Assembly (NCBI GenBank): GCA_020061105.1
Contig: JAGUYW010000030.1
Location: 20,549-84,548 of the forward strand
Source of the DNA: Anaerolineales bacterium
Lineage (GTDB): Bacteria > Chloroflexota > Anaerolineae > Anaerolineales > UBA4823
Reading direction: 5' to 3'
DNA length: 64,000 bases
The translations under genes and the position numbers were made by a program. Shown piece after piece: positions 9,701-19,935 of this stretch. Within the stretch, counting starts at the first letter, position 1, and every line of letters starts with the position of its first letter. The notes beneath the pieces were generated by a model. It saw only the letters and a list, made by a program, of their open reading frames with translations, was not told where the DNA came from and did not search any database.

Positions 9701-10784
9701 TGCCCACCTCCTTCTTCTTTCCAACCAGCAGTTCGCTATTTGGGACGAACCAGCGAAATTCACGCAGCCCCATAATGCCACGTGGGCGATACAACATCAG
9801 AAAAACCAATAGCAGAGGCATCAACACGAAGCGCCACACTTGCAGCGGGCGCAGCACCTCCAACAGAACGGTATAGATGGTGGCGCCTAAAACCGACCCA
9901 CCGATCGAACCGATTCCCCCCAGGTACACCATAATCAGGAAGTCGGTCGATTTGATGATGTCAAAGACGCGCGGGCTGATGAACTGCAGCAGGTGTGCAA
10001 ACAAAGCCCCGCCTATTCCGGCGAAGAACGACGAAAGGACAAAAGCCAGCAGCTTGACCTGGCGCGTATTGACGCTCATCAGGTCGCTGGCGATCTCATC
10101 TTCTCGCAGCGAGAGCACCCCGCGCCCAAAGTTGGAGTAGATGAAATTGCGGATCACCCACACCGCCAGTACAGTCCAGAAGAACACCCAGGGCATGGTA
10201 GTCAATTTATCGATCCCTGGGATGCCGCGCGGCCCGCCAATTGCTTCGATGTTCTCGATTACCGATTTGACGATCATATTGAAGGCCAGAGTAACAATTG
10301 CCAGGTAGTCGCCGCGCGTTCGGAAAGATGGCACCGCTACGAGTAAACCGACCAGTGCTGCTCCAGCCCCGCCTGCCAATACGATTAGCGGAAAGACAAT
10401 CATAACTAACGGACCTTCGAGCCAGGCGTAAGGGAGCACTTGCGTAGTCAGCAGCGCGCCGATATAAGCGCCCACTGCCATAAAGCCGGCGTGCCCGACC
10501 GAAAATTCGCCCATATAGCCGTTGATCAGGTTCAAGCTGATGGTCATGATGATATTGATGCCAACATACATCATGATCAACTGCACATATTCATTGACCA
10601 GCCGGAATTGTGGAATCAGGAACGAAAGCGCCAGGCCAATTACCAGCAATACAGGCAAGAGCCAGCGCCGGGCTAACAGGGCTTCCCAGGCTTGCGCAAT
10701 CCGCAGTAGCAGTGGGCTTTGAGCGAAGCGAGCGCTCCAGGAGAGTTTTGATTTCGATGAATCGTTAGATGGCTGCGTAGTCAT
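9684..10784 (-). CDS. livM: Branched-chain amino acid ABC transporter permease
   Basis: Polytopic membrane protein with LivM-like core GYMGEFSVGHAGFMAVGAY. Start set at ATG 10784 (MTTQPSN), immediately after the livH stop. Confidence 0.8.
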   Translation of the reverse strand: MTTQPSNDSSKSKLSWSARFAQSPLLLRIAQAWEALLARRWLLPVLLVIGLALSFLIPQFRLVNEYVQLIMMYVGINIIMTISLNLINGYMGEFSVGHAGFMAVGAYIGALLTTQVLPYAWLEGPLVMIVFPLIVLAGGAGAALVGLLVAVPSFRTRGDYLAIVTLAFNMIVKSVIENIEAIGGPRGIPGIDKLTTMPWVFFWTVLAVWVIRNFIYSNFGRGVLSLREDEIASDLMSVNTRQVKLLAFVLSSFFAGIGGALFAHLLQFISPRVFDIIKSTDFLIMVYLGGIGSIGGSVLGATIYTVLLEVLRPLQVWRFVLMPLLLVFLMLYRPRGIMGLREFRWFVPNSELLVGKKKEVGNAAAD

Positions 10785-10786
10785 GG

Positions 10787-11662
10787 CTACACCTTCTGTG
10801 GGCGCGGCTGGCCCAAGATGCCGTATGGTCGAAAGATGAGCAGCACAAGCAGCAGGGTAAAGGCCACAAAGTCCCGGTAAGTGGAAGGTAGAAAAGCCGC
10901 CACCATAATTTCCACTCCGCCCAAGATGAACCCGCCGATCATCGCCCCGCGGATATTTCCGATTCCGCCTACCACCGCTGAAATGAAGGCTTTCCAACCA
11001 ATCATGATGCCCATGTAGGGATCAATCACTGGAAAGGCCTGGCTGTACATTACCCCTGCTGCCCCGCCCAGGCTGGTGCCAATCGCAAAGGTAATCGAGA
11101 TCACCAGGTTGACCGGCACGCCCATCAACGGCACGATGGTTTTATCCCACGAGACCGCCCGCATGGCCATTCCTACCATGGTGCGGCGAACGATGAAATC
11201 GAGCAGCACCATCAAGCCCAGCGACATCAGGATGATGATGATTTGCAGCGAAGAAACAGTCACGCCGCCGATCGTCCAGGTAATATTTTGTAAAAGCTGC
11301 GGTACCGATTGTGGGTAAGGGTAGAAAACCAGTGTCAGGTTTTCAAGAAAGATGCCCACACCCAGGGCCGTGATAATGGCTGAGACGCGTGGCGCCTGGC
11401 GCAGCGGTTTGTAAGCCACGCGTTCAATCGCCACCCCCAGCAGTCCCACCCCAATCATCGAAATGAGCAAAGTGGGAATGAAAGGCAGTTTGAATGCCAA
11501 AGCCGCCATGAAGCCAAAGAAAGCGCCCACCATGAACAAATCACCATGGGCGAAGTTGATCATGGTCAGGATGCCATACACCATGGTGTACCCCAGGGCG
11601 ATTAAGGCGTAAATGCTGCCAAGCTGTAAAGCGTTCAGGGATTGCTGCAAAATATAGATCAT
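10787..11662 (-). CDS. livH: Branched-chain amino acid ABC transporter permease
   Basis: 291-aa polytopic protein. N-terminus LQQSLNALQLGSIYALIALGYTMVYGILTMINFAHGD is LivH-like. Confidence 0.85.
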   Translation of the reverse strand: MIYILQQSLNALQLGSIYALIALGYTMVYGILTMINFAHGDLFMVGAFFGFMAALAFKLPFIPTLLISMIGVGLLGVAIERVAYKPLRQAPRVSAIITALGVGIFLENLTLVFYPYPQSVPQLLQNITWTIGGVTVSSLQIIIILMSLGLMVLLDFIVRRTMVGMAMRAVSWDKTIVPLMGVPVNLVISITFAIGTSLGGAAGVMYSQAFPVIDPYMGIMIGWKAFISAVVGGIGNIRGAMIGGFILGGVEIMVAAFLPSTYRDFVAFTLLLVLLIFRPYGILGQPRPQKV

Positions 11663-11703
11663 AGAAAAATCCCCGGCAGAACCTGTTTGTGATCATTCCA
11701 GAA

Positions 11704-11735
11704 CTCCTGCAAGCGACAACTGCCGCTTGCAGGAG
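11704..11735 (-). other. Intra-operon stem-loop between binding-protein gene and permease genes
   Basis: Perfect 12-bp stem CTCCTGCAAGCG/CGCTTGCAGGAG with an 8-nt loop, read directly. No clear U-tract follows, so it is more likely an mRNA-stabilising or attenuating hairpin than a full terminator. Confidence 0.6.
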
Positions 11736-11754
11736 CCGAATAATCATTTATCGT

Positions 11755-12927
11755 CTAGGGATTGGCATTGGCAAAGAAGACAAATTTGCCATTGACAATT
11801 TGCAGGATTACGGCGCTCTTGATCGGGTCGCCAGAACCTTCTGCGAATTGCATGGTGCCCGTGACGCCTTCGAAGTTGGGGATCTTTGCCAGGGCGTCGC
11901 GCACTGCCTGACGGTCAATCTTGCCAGCCGCCTTCAGCGCCTGCCACAGCAAGCCGAAAGAGTCGTAGGTCAGGGCGGCTACATCGTCAGGAGTATTGCC
12001 ATATTTGGCGGTGTAGGCATCAATAAAGCCTTTCGCAACTGGGGTTGCATTATCGGCTGCATAGTGAGTGCTGAAGTAATAGCTCTCGCAGTCAGTCCCA
12101 CACAGAGTGATCAATTCAGCGCTGCCCCATGAGTCGCTGCCCAGGAAGGGCACTGTGATGCCCAGGCGCTTGGCCTGCTGGATCTGCAGCGGAACTTCGC
12201 TGTAGTAGTTGGGCAGGAAAACCACATCCGGGTTGGTGTCTTTGATCTTGGTCAGTTGGGCGGTGAAGTCCTTGTCGCCGGTGGTGTAGGTCTCGAAAGC
12301 CACTACCGTACCGCCGCTGCCTTCGAAGGTTGCCTTGAAGAACTCGGCAATGCCCTTGTTGTAATCAGAGGCCACATCGTATAACACTGCTGCTCGGGTC
12401 GCTTTCAGATTGTCCAGAGCAAAGCGGGCTATCACGCGCCCCTGGAACGGGTCGATGAAGGCCGCGCGGAAGACATACTTCTTCGAGGCGTCGGTCTTAG
12501 CGTCCAGGGTGGTCTTGGGGTTGGTAGACCACGGGCTGATCAACACCACCTTCGAGCTTTCAGCTATTTCAGAGGCTGGGATGGCATAGCGGCTGGCGTT
12601 CGGGCCGATAATCGCCACCACATTTTGTTGGGTGATCAGTTTCTGGGCTGCTGAAGCCGATTGGTCGGCTTTGCCGGCGTTGTCTTCAATAAAGAGCTCA
12701 ACTTTGTACTTTTTCCCGCCAATATCCAGGCCGCCGGCGTCGTTGATCTCAGCCACGGCCATTTCGGCTGCATTCTTGCACGAAGCGCCAACTGCGGGAA
12801 TATCCCCCGTTAATTCAGCAACCAGACCTACCCGGATGGTGTCGGCGCCACCGCCTGCTCCACCACAGCCCGATAGTACCAGGCTCAGGATGATCAAGAA
12901 GCTGACGAACAGCAATCCTTTCTTCAT
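11755..12927 (-). CDS. ABC transporter substrate-binding lipoprotein, Leu/Ile/Val-binding (type 1 periplasmic binding fold) family
   Basis: Lipobox LVLSGC. The pattern IRVGLVAELTGDIPAVGASCKNAAEMAVAEINDAGG is typical of LivJ/K-like binders. First gene of the liv operon. Confidence 0.85.
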   Translation of the reverse strand: MKKGLLFVSFLIILSLVLSGCGGAGGGADTIRVGLVAELTGDIPAVGASCKNAAEMAVAEINDAGGLDIGGKKYKVELFIEDNAGKADQSASAAQKLITQQNVVAIIGPNASRYAIPASEIAESSKVVLISPWSTNPKTTLDAKTDASKKYVFRAAFIDPFQGRVIARFALDNLKATRAAVLYDVASDYNKGIAEFFKATFEGSGGTVVAFETYTTGDKDFTAQLTKIKDTNPDVVFLPNYYSEVPLQIQQAKRLGITVPFLGSDSWGSAELITLCGTDCESYYFSTHYAADNATPVAKGFIDAYTAKYGNTPDDVAALTYDSFGLLWQALKAAGKIDRQAVRDALAKIPNFEGVTGTMQFAEGSGDPIKSAVILQIVNGKFVFFANANP

Positions 12928-13215
12928 AGCTCTCTCCTCGTGTGTGCTTAAAGTCAGAACGAACTGTTGTATGAAATTGTAATCAGGTTAGTTGTTGAGT
13001 TACAAGTTGTGATGCTTTTTTGCGCCGACCTCCTTTCTGGACAAGGTCTTGCCCGGCCGAAATCGCAGGCGCTGGGGCAATCAGGAGAATCGATACCCCA
13101 GGCAAATTAATTCTAAACTAATCTTATCACAAAACTATGTGTTTTTTGCCACTTATTATCGGGTCATGCTGGTGCAAAAGTGTTCACAAGCGTTACACCT
13201 GGTGTCGGGGATTCT

Positions 13216-13926
13216 CTACGGATGGTTCAGAGATTGTAGGACCAGTGACAGCGCCAATTCGACCCAGGCGGCATACATCTTGCCTGAAGGGTGTAGTCCA
13301 TCAGCGGCAATCCAATCAATCTCTTGCGCCGCCTTGCGTGAGATCTCTGTGATATCGATATAGATGGCGCCCATGCTCTGCACTTCCTGGCGGTTTACTT
13401 CGTTGAAGGCGTCAATTTGGGCTGCGATCTGCCATCTTTCGCGCCCGGCGGCGAAAGGCGTCACGCCCCAATCAGGAATCGAGAGCACAAATACCCGTCC
13501 GGTACGCCCACCGGCAAATTCGATGGCCTGGAGCAGCAAGCTCCTGAATTCGCTGCGATAAGCCTGCACATCCAGGCCGCGGTATTGGTTGTTCACCCCA
13601 ATCAGCAGCGAAACCAGGTCGAAAGGTCCTTGCGGTTTGGCTTGGGCGATTCCAACCGTTAACTCGCCAGTTGTCCAGCCGGTGCGAGCGATGATTTGTG
13701 GGTCTTGCATTGCCAGCCCCTGCGCCCGCAAAGCCGCCGCCAGCTGCATCGGCCAGCGTTCACCAACCTCAACTCCTTCTCCGATCGTGTACGAGTCGCC
13801 TAATGCCAGGTAATTCATTGTTTCGGATGGCGGTAAAGTCTCCACAGGCCCGTCCTTCTCTAATTCGCCCAGTGTGCTACAGGCTGCCAGGCTCAAGAGT
13901 ACCAAGATCAATAACCAGTCCATCAC
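13216..13926 (-). CDS. SGNH/GDSL-family hydrolase lipoprotein
   Basis: Lipobox LSLAAC, block I ALGDSYTIGEG, block III GVNNQY, C-terminal DGLHPS. Confidence 0.75.
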   Translation of the reverse strand: MMDWLLILVLLSLAACSTLGELEKDGPVETLPPSETMNYLALGDSYTIGEGVEVGERWPMQLAAALRAQGLAMQDPQIIARTGWTTGELTVGIAQAKPQGPFDLVSLLIGVNNQYRGLDVQAYRSEFRSLLLQAIEFAGGRTGRVFVLSIPDWGVTPFAAGRERWQIAAQIDAFNEVNRQEVQSMGAIYIDITEISRKAAQEIDWIAADGLHPSGKMYAAWVELALSLVLQSLNHP

Positions 13927-14034
13927 ATCTCTCTTTCGTAATTTGATTATAGGCGCAATTTCTGGCCTGTCAAATTTGCGAGCGGTTTACGAATTTCTTT
14001 TCCGTCCACAGGTATAATTGATTTAACCCAGAAA

Positions 14035-15573
14035 ATGGAGAAGCAATCGATGAAAGCGTTACTCGAAAAACTTCACCTGCAACCTTCCAACCCCGGCGCT
14101 TGCAGCGGGCCGGATGGTTGGGTGAGCGACCCTGCAGGCAAAGAATTGATATCCTATAATCCCACAACAGGCGAAGCGCTGGCTGGCGTTGTCCAGGCCA
14201 CCGCAGCGGCCTACCAGGCCATTGCGGACAACGCCCAACAAGCTTTCTTGAAATGGCGCCAGATACCAGCCCCTAAACGTGGTCTTGTGGTGCGCGACCT
14301 GGCAGACGCCTTGCGCCAGGCCAAAGAACCGCTTGGCGACCTGGTTTCGCTCGAGATGGGCAAGATCAAAGCGGAAGGTCAGGGCGAAGTGCAGGAAATG
14401 ATCGATATTTGCGATTTTGCTGTGGGTCTCTCGCGCCAGTTGTATGGGCTGACCATGCCTTCTGAGCGCCCTGGGCATCGCATGTTCGAGCAGTGGCACC
14501 CGCTGGGAGTGGTGGGGGTGATCACAGCATTCAATTTCCCCACCGCAGTCTGGTCGTGGAATGCGGCTATTGCTGCAGTATGCGGCGACCCGGTGCTTTG
14601 GAAGCCATCCTCTTCTACACCGCTGTGCGCCATTGCCGTGCAGCATATTGCCAACCAGGTGATGGCCGATCACGGCCTGCAAGGGATTTTTAACCTGGTT
14701 ATCGGCTCTGGACGCGAAGTTGGCGACCTGATGCTCAAAGATCCGCGCCTGCCGCTGATTTCATTTACGGGTTCTACCCACATCGGGCGGCGCGTTTCGA
14801 CGATGGTAGCCGAACGTTTCGGACGCGCCATCCTGGAATTGGGCGGCAATAACGCCATCATTGTCACCGAGCAGGCTAACCTGGACCTGGCTGTGCGCGC
14901 CATTTTATTCGGCGCGGTTGGCACTGCCGGGCAGCGCTGCACTACCACCCGGCGCATCATCATGCACAAGGACATCGCCCCGCAACTTACTACCCGTTTG
15001 GTGGATGCCTACCGCCAGGTGCGCCTGGGCGACCCGCTCGACCCCAATGTGATGATGGGGCCGCTGGTGGACGGCGATGCTGTGCAGGACATGTTCGCAG
15101 CCCTGGAAGAGGCCCAGCAGCAAGGTGGCCAAATTTTAGCAGGCGGCGAGCGACGCCCCGATTTAGGCGCCAATTTTGTCGAGCCTACCCTCGTCAAAAT
15201 GCCTGCTCAAACCGAGATTGTCAAACAAGAGACCTTTGCCCCGATCCTGTATTTGCTGGAATACAGCACCCTGGAGCAAGCCATTGAAATCCACAACGCT
15301 GTGCCGCAAGGTTTGTCAAGTGCCATCTTTACGGACAATTTGCGCCAGGCCGAAGCTTTTCTCTCGGCTGGCGGCTCGGATTGCGGCATCGCCAATGTCA
15401 ATATTGGCACCTCCGGGGCCGAGATTGGCGGCGCTTTTGGCGGCGAGAAAGAAACCGGCGGTGGGCGCGAGTCTGGTTCCGACGCCTGGAAGGCTTACAT
15501 GCGCCGCCAGACCAACACCATCAATTACTCAACGGAATTGCCCCTGGCGCAGGGGATAAAGTTTGGAGAATAA
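14035..15573 (+). CDS. Aldehyde dehydrogenase, ALDH7 / alpha-aminoadipic-semialdehyde (piperideine-6-carboxylate) dehydrogenase-like
   Basis: Catalytic Glu LELGGNNA and catalytic Cys GTAGQRCTT. N-terminus ...SYNPTTGEALAGVVQA is typical of the ALDH7 family. Confidence 0.8.
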   Translation: MEKQSMKALLEKLHLQPSNPGACSGPDGWVSDPAGKELISYNPTTGEALAGVVQATAAAYQAIADNAQQAFLKWRQIPAPKRGLVVRDLADALRQAKEPLGDLVSLEMGKIKAEGQGEVQEMIDICDFAVGLSRQLYGLTMPSERPGHRMFEQWHPLGVVGVITAFNFPTAVWSWNAAIAAVCGDPVLWKPSSSTPLCAIAVQHIANQVMADHGLQGIFNLVIGSGREVGDLMLKDPRLPLISFTGSTHIGRRVSTMVAERFGRAILELGGNNAIIVTEQANLDLAVRAILFGAVGTAGQRCTTTRRIIMHKDIAPQLTTRLVDAYRQVRLGDPLDPNVMMGPLVDGDAVQDMFAALEEAQQQGGQILAGGERRPDLGANFVEPTLVKMPAQTEIVKQETFAPILYLLEYSTLEQAIEIHNAVPQGLSSAIFTDNLRQAEAFLSAGGSDCGIANVNIGTSGAEIGGAFGGEKETGGGRESGSDAWKAYMRRQTNTINYSTELPLAQGIKFGE

Positions 15574-15579
15574 AAAGTC

Positions 15580-17586
15580 ATGCCTGGCAATAAAAAACGC
15601 TCTATCCAACCTGAAGACCTGTATCGCTTTCAACTGCTCAATGAAGTGCGCCTATCGCCTGATGGGTTGCACGTAATCTATACGGTCCAGCGCGTTGACC
15701 GTAAAACCGAAAAGAAATATTCCAACCTGTGGGTCGTCGACACCGGTACTGCCCAGGCACGCCAATTTACCTGGGGCGATCAGTCGGATAGCATGCCCCG
15801 TTGGTCTCCGGATGGGCAGCGCATCGCTTTTCTTTCCAACCGCCTGGACAAGGAAAAGCCTGCCCAAATCTTCATCATTCCCTTCACCGGCGGCGAAGCG
15901 CGGCCGCTGACCGATAATTTCGCTTCGATCGGCGCGTTTGCCTGGTCTCCAGACGGGAAGCGCCTGCTTTGCCAGGCGCGTAAAAAAGATGCCGAGGTTG
16001 TAGAACGCGAGAAGGATGAGCAAAAGAAAAAGCTCGGCGTGGTGGCGCGCCATTACGATCGCTTGTTCTACAAATTAGATGGCTATGGCTACCTGCCTGA
16101 TGAACGCTGGCACCTCTGGAAGGTGGAAGCTAACAGCGGCAAGGCGGTTCAACTCACTGGCCATCCGGTGTTTGATGAGCGCGATCCGGCGTGGTCGCCG
16201 GATGGCAAGTGGATTGCTTTCTTGTCGAACCGCAGCCCAGACCCCGATGCCAACCTGAACGCGGATGACTTATTTGTCATGCCAGCAAGCGGCGGCGAAA
16301 TTCAACTCATCCCCACCCCTCCAGCAGGTAAATCCTTACCCAGTTTCTCTCCAGATGGCAAATGGATTGCCTATTACGGCGGCGATAACGAAGACCACGG
16401 CTATCAAAATATTGGTCTGTTTGTTGTCCCGGTCGATGGCTCCGCCCAAGCCAAAAACCTGACTGCGGCTTATGATCTGAACGTCTCCTGCTGGACGATC
16501 AATGATCTGGGGCAGCCGGAATTGATGCCGCCCACCTGGTCGAATGACAGCCAGGTGATCTATTTTCCAGTCACATTACACGGTAACTCGCTGCTCAAAT
16601 TGATTTCCGTAAATAGCGATAGCCTTCAGGATGTCGTCCACCAAACTGGCGTGGTGGGCGGTTTCTCTTTTGACCAGGATCAACGACGACTGGCTTTTTT
16701 CTTCGGCGCCTTGGACGATCCCTGCCAGATTCATTTGATGGAAATGGGGAGCGGCAAGCAACGCCAGCTGACCCATATTAACCAGGAACTGCTGCGCACT
16801 TTTGATTTGGGTCAGATAGAAACTGTTTGGATCAAAGGACCAGCCGGCAACGATCTGCAGGGCTGGGTACTTAAACCACCCGGCTTCGACCCGCAGAAAA
16901 AATATCCTTCCATCCTGGAAATCCACGGCGGGCCGATGACCCAATATGGCAATTTCTTCATGCACGAGTTCTACTTCCTGGCGTCGCAAGGCTACGTAGT
17001 GCATTTTTGCAACCCGCGCGGCGGGCGCGGCTACGGTCAAGAACACACCAAAGCCATCTGGGGGGCATGGGGAAGCGCCGATTATGATGATTTAATGGCC
17101 TGGACGGATCATGTCGCTGCTCTGCCTTATATCGACCCCAGCCGCATGGGTGTTACCGGCGGTTCTTACGGCGGCTACATGACGGTGTGGATCATCGGTC
17201 ACACCCGGCGTTTCAAGGCTGCTGTAACTCAGCGCTGTGTCAGCAATTTCATCAGCATGTGGGGCTCCAGCGATTTTAACTGGTCTTTCCAGTTTGAACT
17301 GCAGACCGGGGCGCCCTTCGAGGATTTACAGAAATATTGGGACATGTCGCCGATCAAATATATTGGCAATGCTCGCACGCCTACTCTGGTAATTCATAAT
17401 GAGAATGATCAGCGTTGTCCCATCGAGCAAGGCGAGCAGGTCTTTGTTGCTCTCAAGCGCCTGGGCGTAGAAACAGAGTTTGTGCGCTTCCCCGAAGAGT
17501 TCCACGGGCTGTCGCGGTCGGGGCGCACAGATCGGCGTATCGTTCGCCTGAACCATATTGCGCGCTGGTTCAATCGATATTTATAG
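15580..17586 (+). CDS. S9-family serine peptidase (prolyl oligopeptidase/acylaminoacyl-peptidase type) with N-terminal TolB-like propeller
   Basis: Repeated SPDGK/SPDGQ propeller motifs. Nucleophile elbow GGSYGGYM. C-terminal ...HNENDQRCP...FPEEFHG (Asp/His). Confidence 0.85.
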   Translation: MPGNKKRSIQPEDLYRFQLLNEVRLSPDGLHVIYTVQRVDRKTEKKYSNLWVVDTGTAQARQFTWGDQSDSMPRWSPDGQRIAFLSNRLDKEKPAQIFIIPFTGGEARPLTDNFASIGAFAWSPDGKRLLCQARKKDAEVVEREKDEQKKKLGVVARHYDRLFYKLDGYGYLPDERWHLWKVEANSGKAVQLTGHPVFDERDPAWSPDGKWIAFLSNRSPDPDANLNADDLFVMPASGGEIQLIPTPPAGKSLPSFSPDGKWIAYYGGDNEDHGYQNIGLFVVPVDGSAQAKNLTAAYDLNVSCWTINDLGQPELMPPTWSNDSQVIYFPVTLHGNSLLKLISVNSDSLQDVVHQTGVVGGFSFDQDQRRLAFFFGALDDPCQIHLMEMGSGKQRQLTHINQELLRTFDLGQIETVWIKGPAGNDLQGWVLKPPGFDPQKKYPSILEIHGGPMTQYGNFFMHEFYFLASQGYVVHFCNPRGGRGYGQEHTKAIWGAWGSADYDDLMAWTDHVAALPYIDPSRMGVTGGSYGGYMTVWIIGHTRRFKAAVTQRCVSNFISMWGSSDFNWSFQFELQTGAPFEDLQKYWDMSPIKYIGNARTPTLVIHNENDQRCPIEQGEQVFVALKRLGVETEFVRFPEEFHGLSRSGRTDRRIVRLNHIARWFNRYL

Positions 17587-17603
17587 GCAGCTTGGAACTA
17601 ACG

Positions 17604-18041
17604 ATGAAGTGGTACAAAGACACTCTGCAAATTTCAACTTCCGGTAAGGGCTTGAATGACTTTACCCAGCAGGCGCAGGCGCGCCTCCAGCAGTGGGACG
17701 TCGGTCACGGGATGTGTTTTCTATATGTTCCACACACCAGCGCCTCCTTGGTAATCAGCGAAAGTTATGATTCGACCGCCAGGGTCGACCTGGAGGCTTT
17801 CATGGAGCGCCTGGCGCCTGAAAACCAGCCCTGGCATTATCACAGTTTGGAAGGCGGCGACGATTCTCCCTCCCATATGCGAGCGATGGTGACCAATACC
17901 AGCCTCGATATTCCAGTCGAGAATGGCAAACTTTGCTTGGGGAGATGGCAGGGCATTTACTTGTTTGAACACCGCCGCCGCGAGCATCGTCGCCAGGTCT
18001 TGATCCGTTGTTTGAGCGTCGATTCCTCTGAAGTGGCTTAA
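17604..18041 (+). CDS. YjbQ/UPF0047 family protein (secondary thiamine-phosphate synthase-like)
   Basis: Start moved to ATG 17604 (MKWYKDTLQISTSGKG). HTSASL and NGKLCLGRWQGIYLFEHR motifs. Confidence 0.8.
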   Translation: MKWYKDTLQISTSGKGLNDFTQQAQARLQQWDVGHGMCFLYVPHTSASLVISESYDSTARVDLEAFMERLAPENQPWHYHSLEGGDDSPSHMRAMVTNTSLDIPVENGKLCLGRWQGIYLFEHRRREHRRQVLIRCLSVDSSEVA

Positions 18042-18124
18042 GGAGCGACTTTTACGGAACTATTTTCACCTGGTTAGCGTCTTGCCAATGTACAGCCTCT
18101 TACCCCCTGTACAGGAGTAATTGC

Positions 18125-19414
18125 ATGGAAAAGCATATCCAACCTGGAACCAAGAATATGTTTCGGCACTTAATAATCCTCTTCCTCATAGCAGCCTTTG
18201 GGTTGAGCGCTTGCTTTCCCTTTCTGCCCAGCCGCCAGGACGATAGCGCCAATGCTATCTACACTGCTGCTGCTGAGACGGTTATGGCGCAGATGACCCT
18301 TTCGGCTGGCGGTACTGCCGTAGCCAGGCTGACGGAGATATCTCAGGCCACGGCTACCCCTGTTGCAGTAGACGCCCAGCCTACCAACACAGCGGTCTCG
18401 CCTAGCGACACAGCCTGGCCGACCCCAACCGAGACCTCCTGGCCAACCGCCACGTTTACAACCTGGCCCAGCCCGACTAACACGCTGCTGCCCACCGCTA
18501 CTGCCACTGTGCCGGTGGTCTACCCAACATACTTACCCACCGCTACGTCTGCACCCTGCAACTGGGCCCAATTTGTTAAAGATGTCACGATTCCAGATGG
18601 TACAGTTCTTGCCCCTGGGCAGGCCTTCACCAAAACCTGGCGGCTGCGCAATATTGGTTCTTGCACCTGGGCTGTGGGCTATTCGCTGGTGTTTCATAGC
18701 GGCGACCGGCTGCATACCCAAAGCACCGTAAAAATTAATCAAACTATCTATCCTGGGCAGACTGCTGATCTATCGCTGCAGTTGGTAGCGCCCATTCAAC
18801 CCGGACAATATCGCAGCTATTGGATGCTCAGCAACACCACCGGGCAATTGTTTGGCATTGGCGCTAAAGCCGACCGGCCCTTCTGGGTAGATATCAAGGT
18901 TGGCTCTGCCCCCTCACCTTACGCCCTGGACTTTGTTGAGCAAATGTGCGCGGCCAAATGGAGCAGCACACTCAGCAACAACCTGCCCTGCCCAGGTAAT
19001 TCCAGCAGCAAAGAAGGTTCAATTATCCGCCTGAACGAACCGTGGCTGGAAACCGGAAAACTGGAGAACGAACCTGCCTTGTGGACGCGCCCGGCGCGCT
19101 TGAACGATGGTTATATCGCCGGCTTGTATCCGGCCTATAAGGTGCAGATGGGCGACCGGTTTACCGCCGATATTGGCTGTTTGTTTGACAGCCCGGGTTG
19201 TGATGTGACCTTTTACCTGAGCTACGTGATCAGCGGGCAAAACCCACAGGATATTGCCTGGTGGCGTGAAGTGCAGGATGGAACCATCACCCGCGTCAAC
19301 CTGGATCTGTCTTTCCTGGCTGGTCAATCGGTGCAGTTTATCTTGCGGGTGGTCAACAACGGTGTCGCTGCCAACGCCAACGCTTTCTGGTTGGTGCCAT
19401 CCATCCGCAGGTAA
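18125..19414 (+). CDS. Secreted lipoprotein with Thr/Pro-rich linker, NBR1-like domain and unknown C-terminal domain
   Basis: Lipobox FGLSAC and a WPTPT-type linker. The stretch LAPGQAFTKTWRLRNIGSCTWAVGYSLVFHSGD...PGQTADLSLQLVAPIQPGQYRSYWML parallels 487..1149. AGGAG RBS. Confidence 0.6.
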   Translation: MEKHIQPGTKNMFRHLIILFLIAAFGLSACFPFLPSRQDDSANAIYTAAAETVMAQMTLSAGGTAVARLTEISQATATPVAVDAQPTNTAVSPSDTAWPTPTETSWPTATFTTWPSPTNTLLPTATATVPVVYPTYLPTATSAPCNWAQFVKDVTIPDGTVLAPGQAFTKTWRLRNIGSCTWAVGYSLVFHSGDRLHTQSTVKINQTIYPGQTADLSLQLVAPIQPGQYRSYWMLSNTTGQLFGIGAKADRPFWVDIKVGSAPSPYALDFVEQMCAAKWSSTLSNNLPCPGNSSSKEGSIIRLNEPWLETGKLENEPALWTRPARLNDGYIAGLYPAYKVQMGDRFTADIGCLFDSPGCDVTFYLSYVISGQNPQDIAWWREVQDGTITRVNLDLSFLAGQSVQFILRVVNNGVAANANAFWLVPSIRR

Positions 19415-19432
19415 TCGTTCTCGAGAATAAAA

Positions 19433-19475
19433 AAGAGTCAGAATCCATCATACAGATGCATTCTGACTCTTTTGC
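19433..19475. terminator. Bidirectional rho-independent terminator between convergent genes
   Basis: 12-bp stem AAGAGTCAGAAT/ATTCTGACTCTT with a 15-nt loop, an A-run before and TTTTG after. Confidence 0.7.
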
Positions 19476-19493
19476 GTATTTTAATGCGGTTGG

Positions 19494-19904
19494 TTATTTG
19501 GGTAGTTCGTAGAGCTCCACCATCACGCCGTTGGCGCTCTTGGGGTGAATAAAGGCGTATTTTCTGCCGTCCATCCCATCCACCGCAGTTTCGTTGATCA
19601 GCTGGATGCCCTTTTCTTTCAAGTGCGCCAGCATGCCCTCGATATCATCCACTTCCAGGCAGATATGGTGCATGCCCGGGCCGCGCTTTTCCAGGTAGCG
19701 CGCCAGTCCAGAGTCGTCCGTGGTCGGTTTTACCAGTTCGATTTCACTGCCGCCTACTGGCAAGAATGCCACCATCGATTTCTCTGCCGGCACATCTACA
19801 ATGTGAGCAAGCTGGATCCCCAGGGCATCTTGCCAGAAATCCACCGTTTTCTGTAAATCATCCACCAAAATTGCCACATGATCGATGCGAGTTACTTTTG
19901 CCAT
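19494..19904 (-). CDS. Methylmalonyl-CoA epimerase (VOC/glyoxalase fold)
   Basis: 136 aa. Motifs IDHVAILVDDL...GMHHICLEVDDI...FIHPKSANGVMVEL. Adjacent to an acyl-CoA mutase gene. Confidence 0.8.
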   Translation of the reverse strand: MAKVTRIDHVAILVDDLQKTVDFWQDALGIQLAHIVDVPAEKSMVAFLPVGGSEIELVKPTTDDSGLARYLEKRGPGMHHICLEVDDIEGMLAHLKEKGIQLINETAVDGMDGRKYAFIHPKSANGVMVELYELPK

Positions 19905-19935
19905 GTTTTCATCCTCTTTCCAGAATTTCGTGTGT

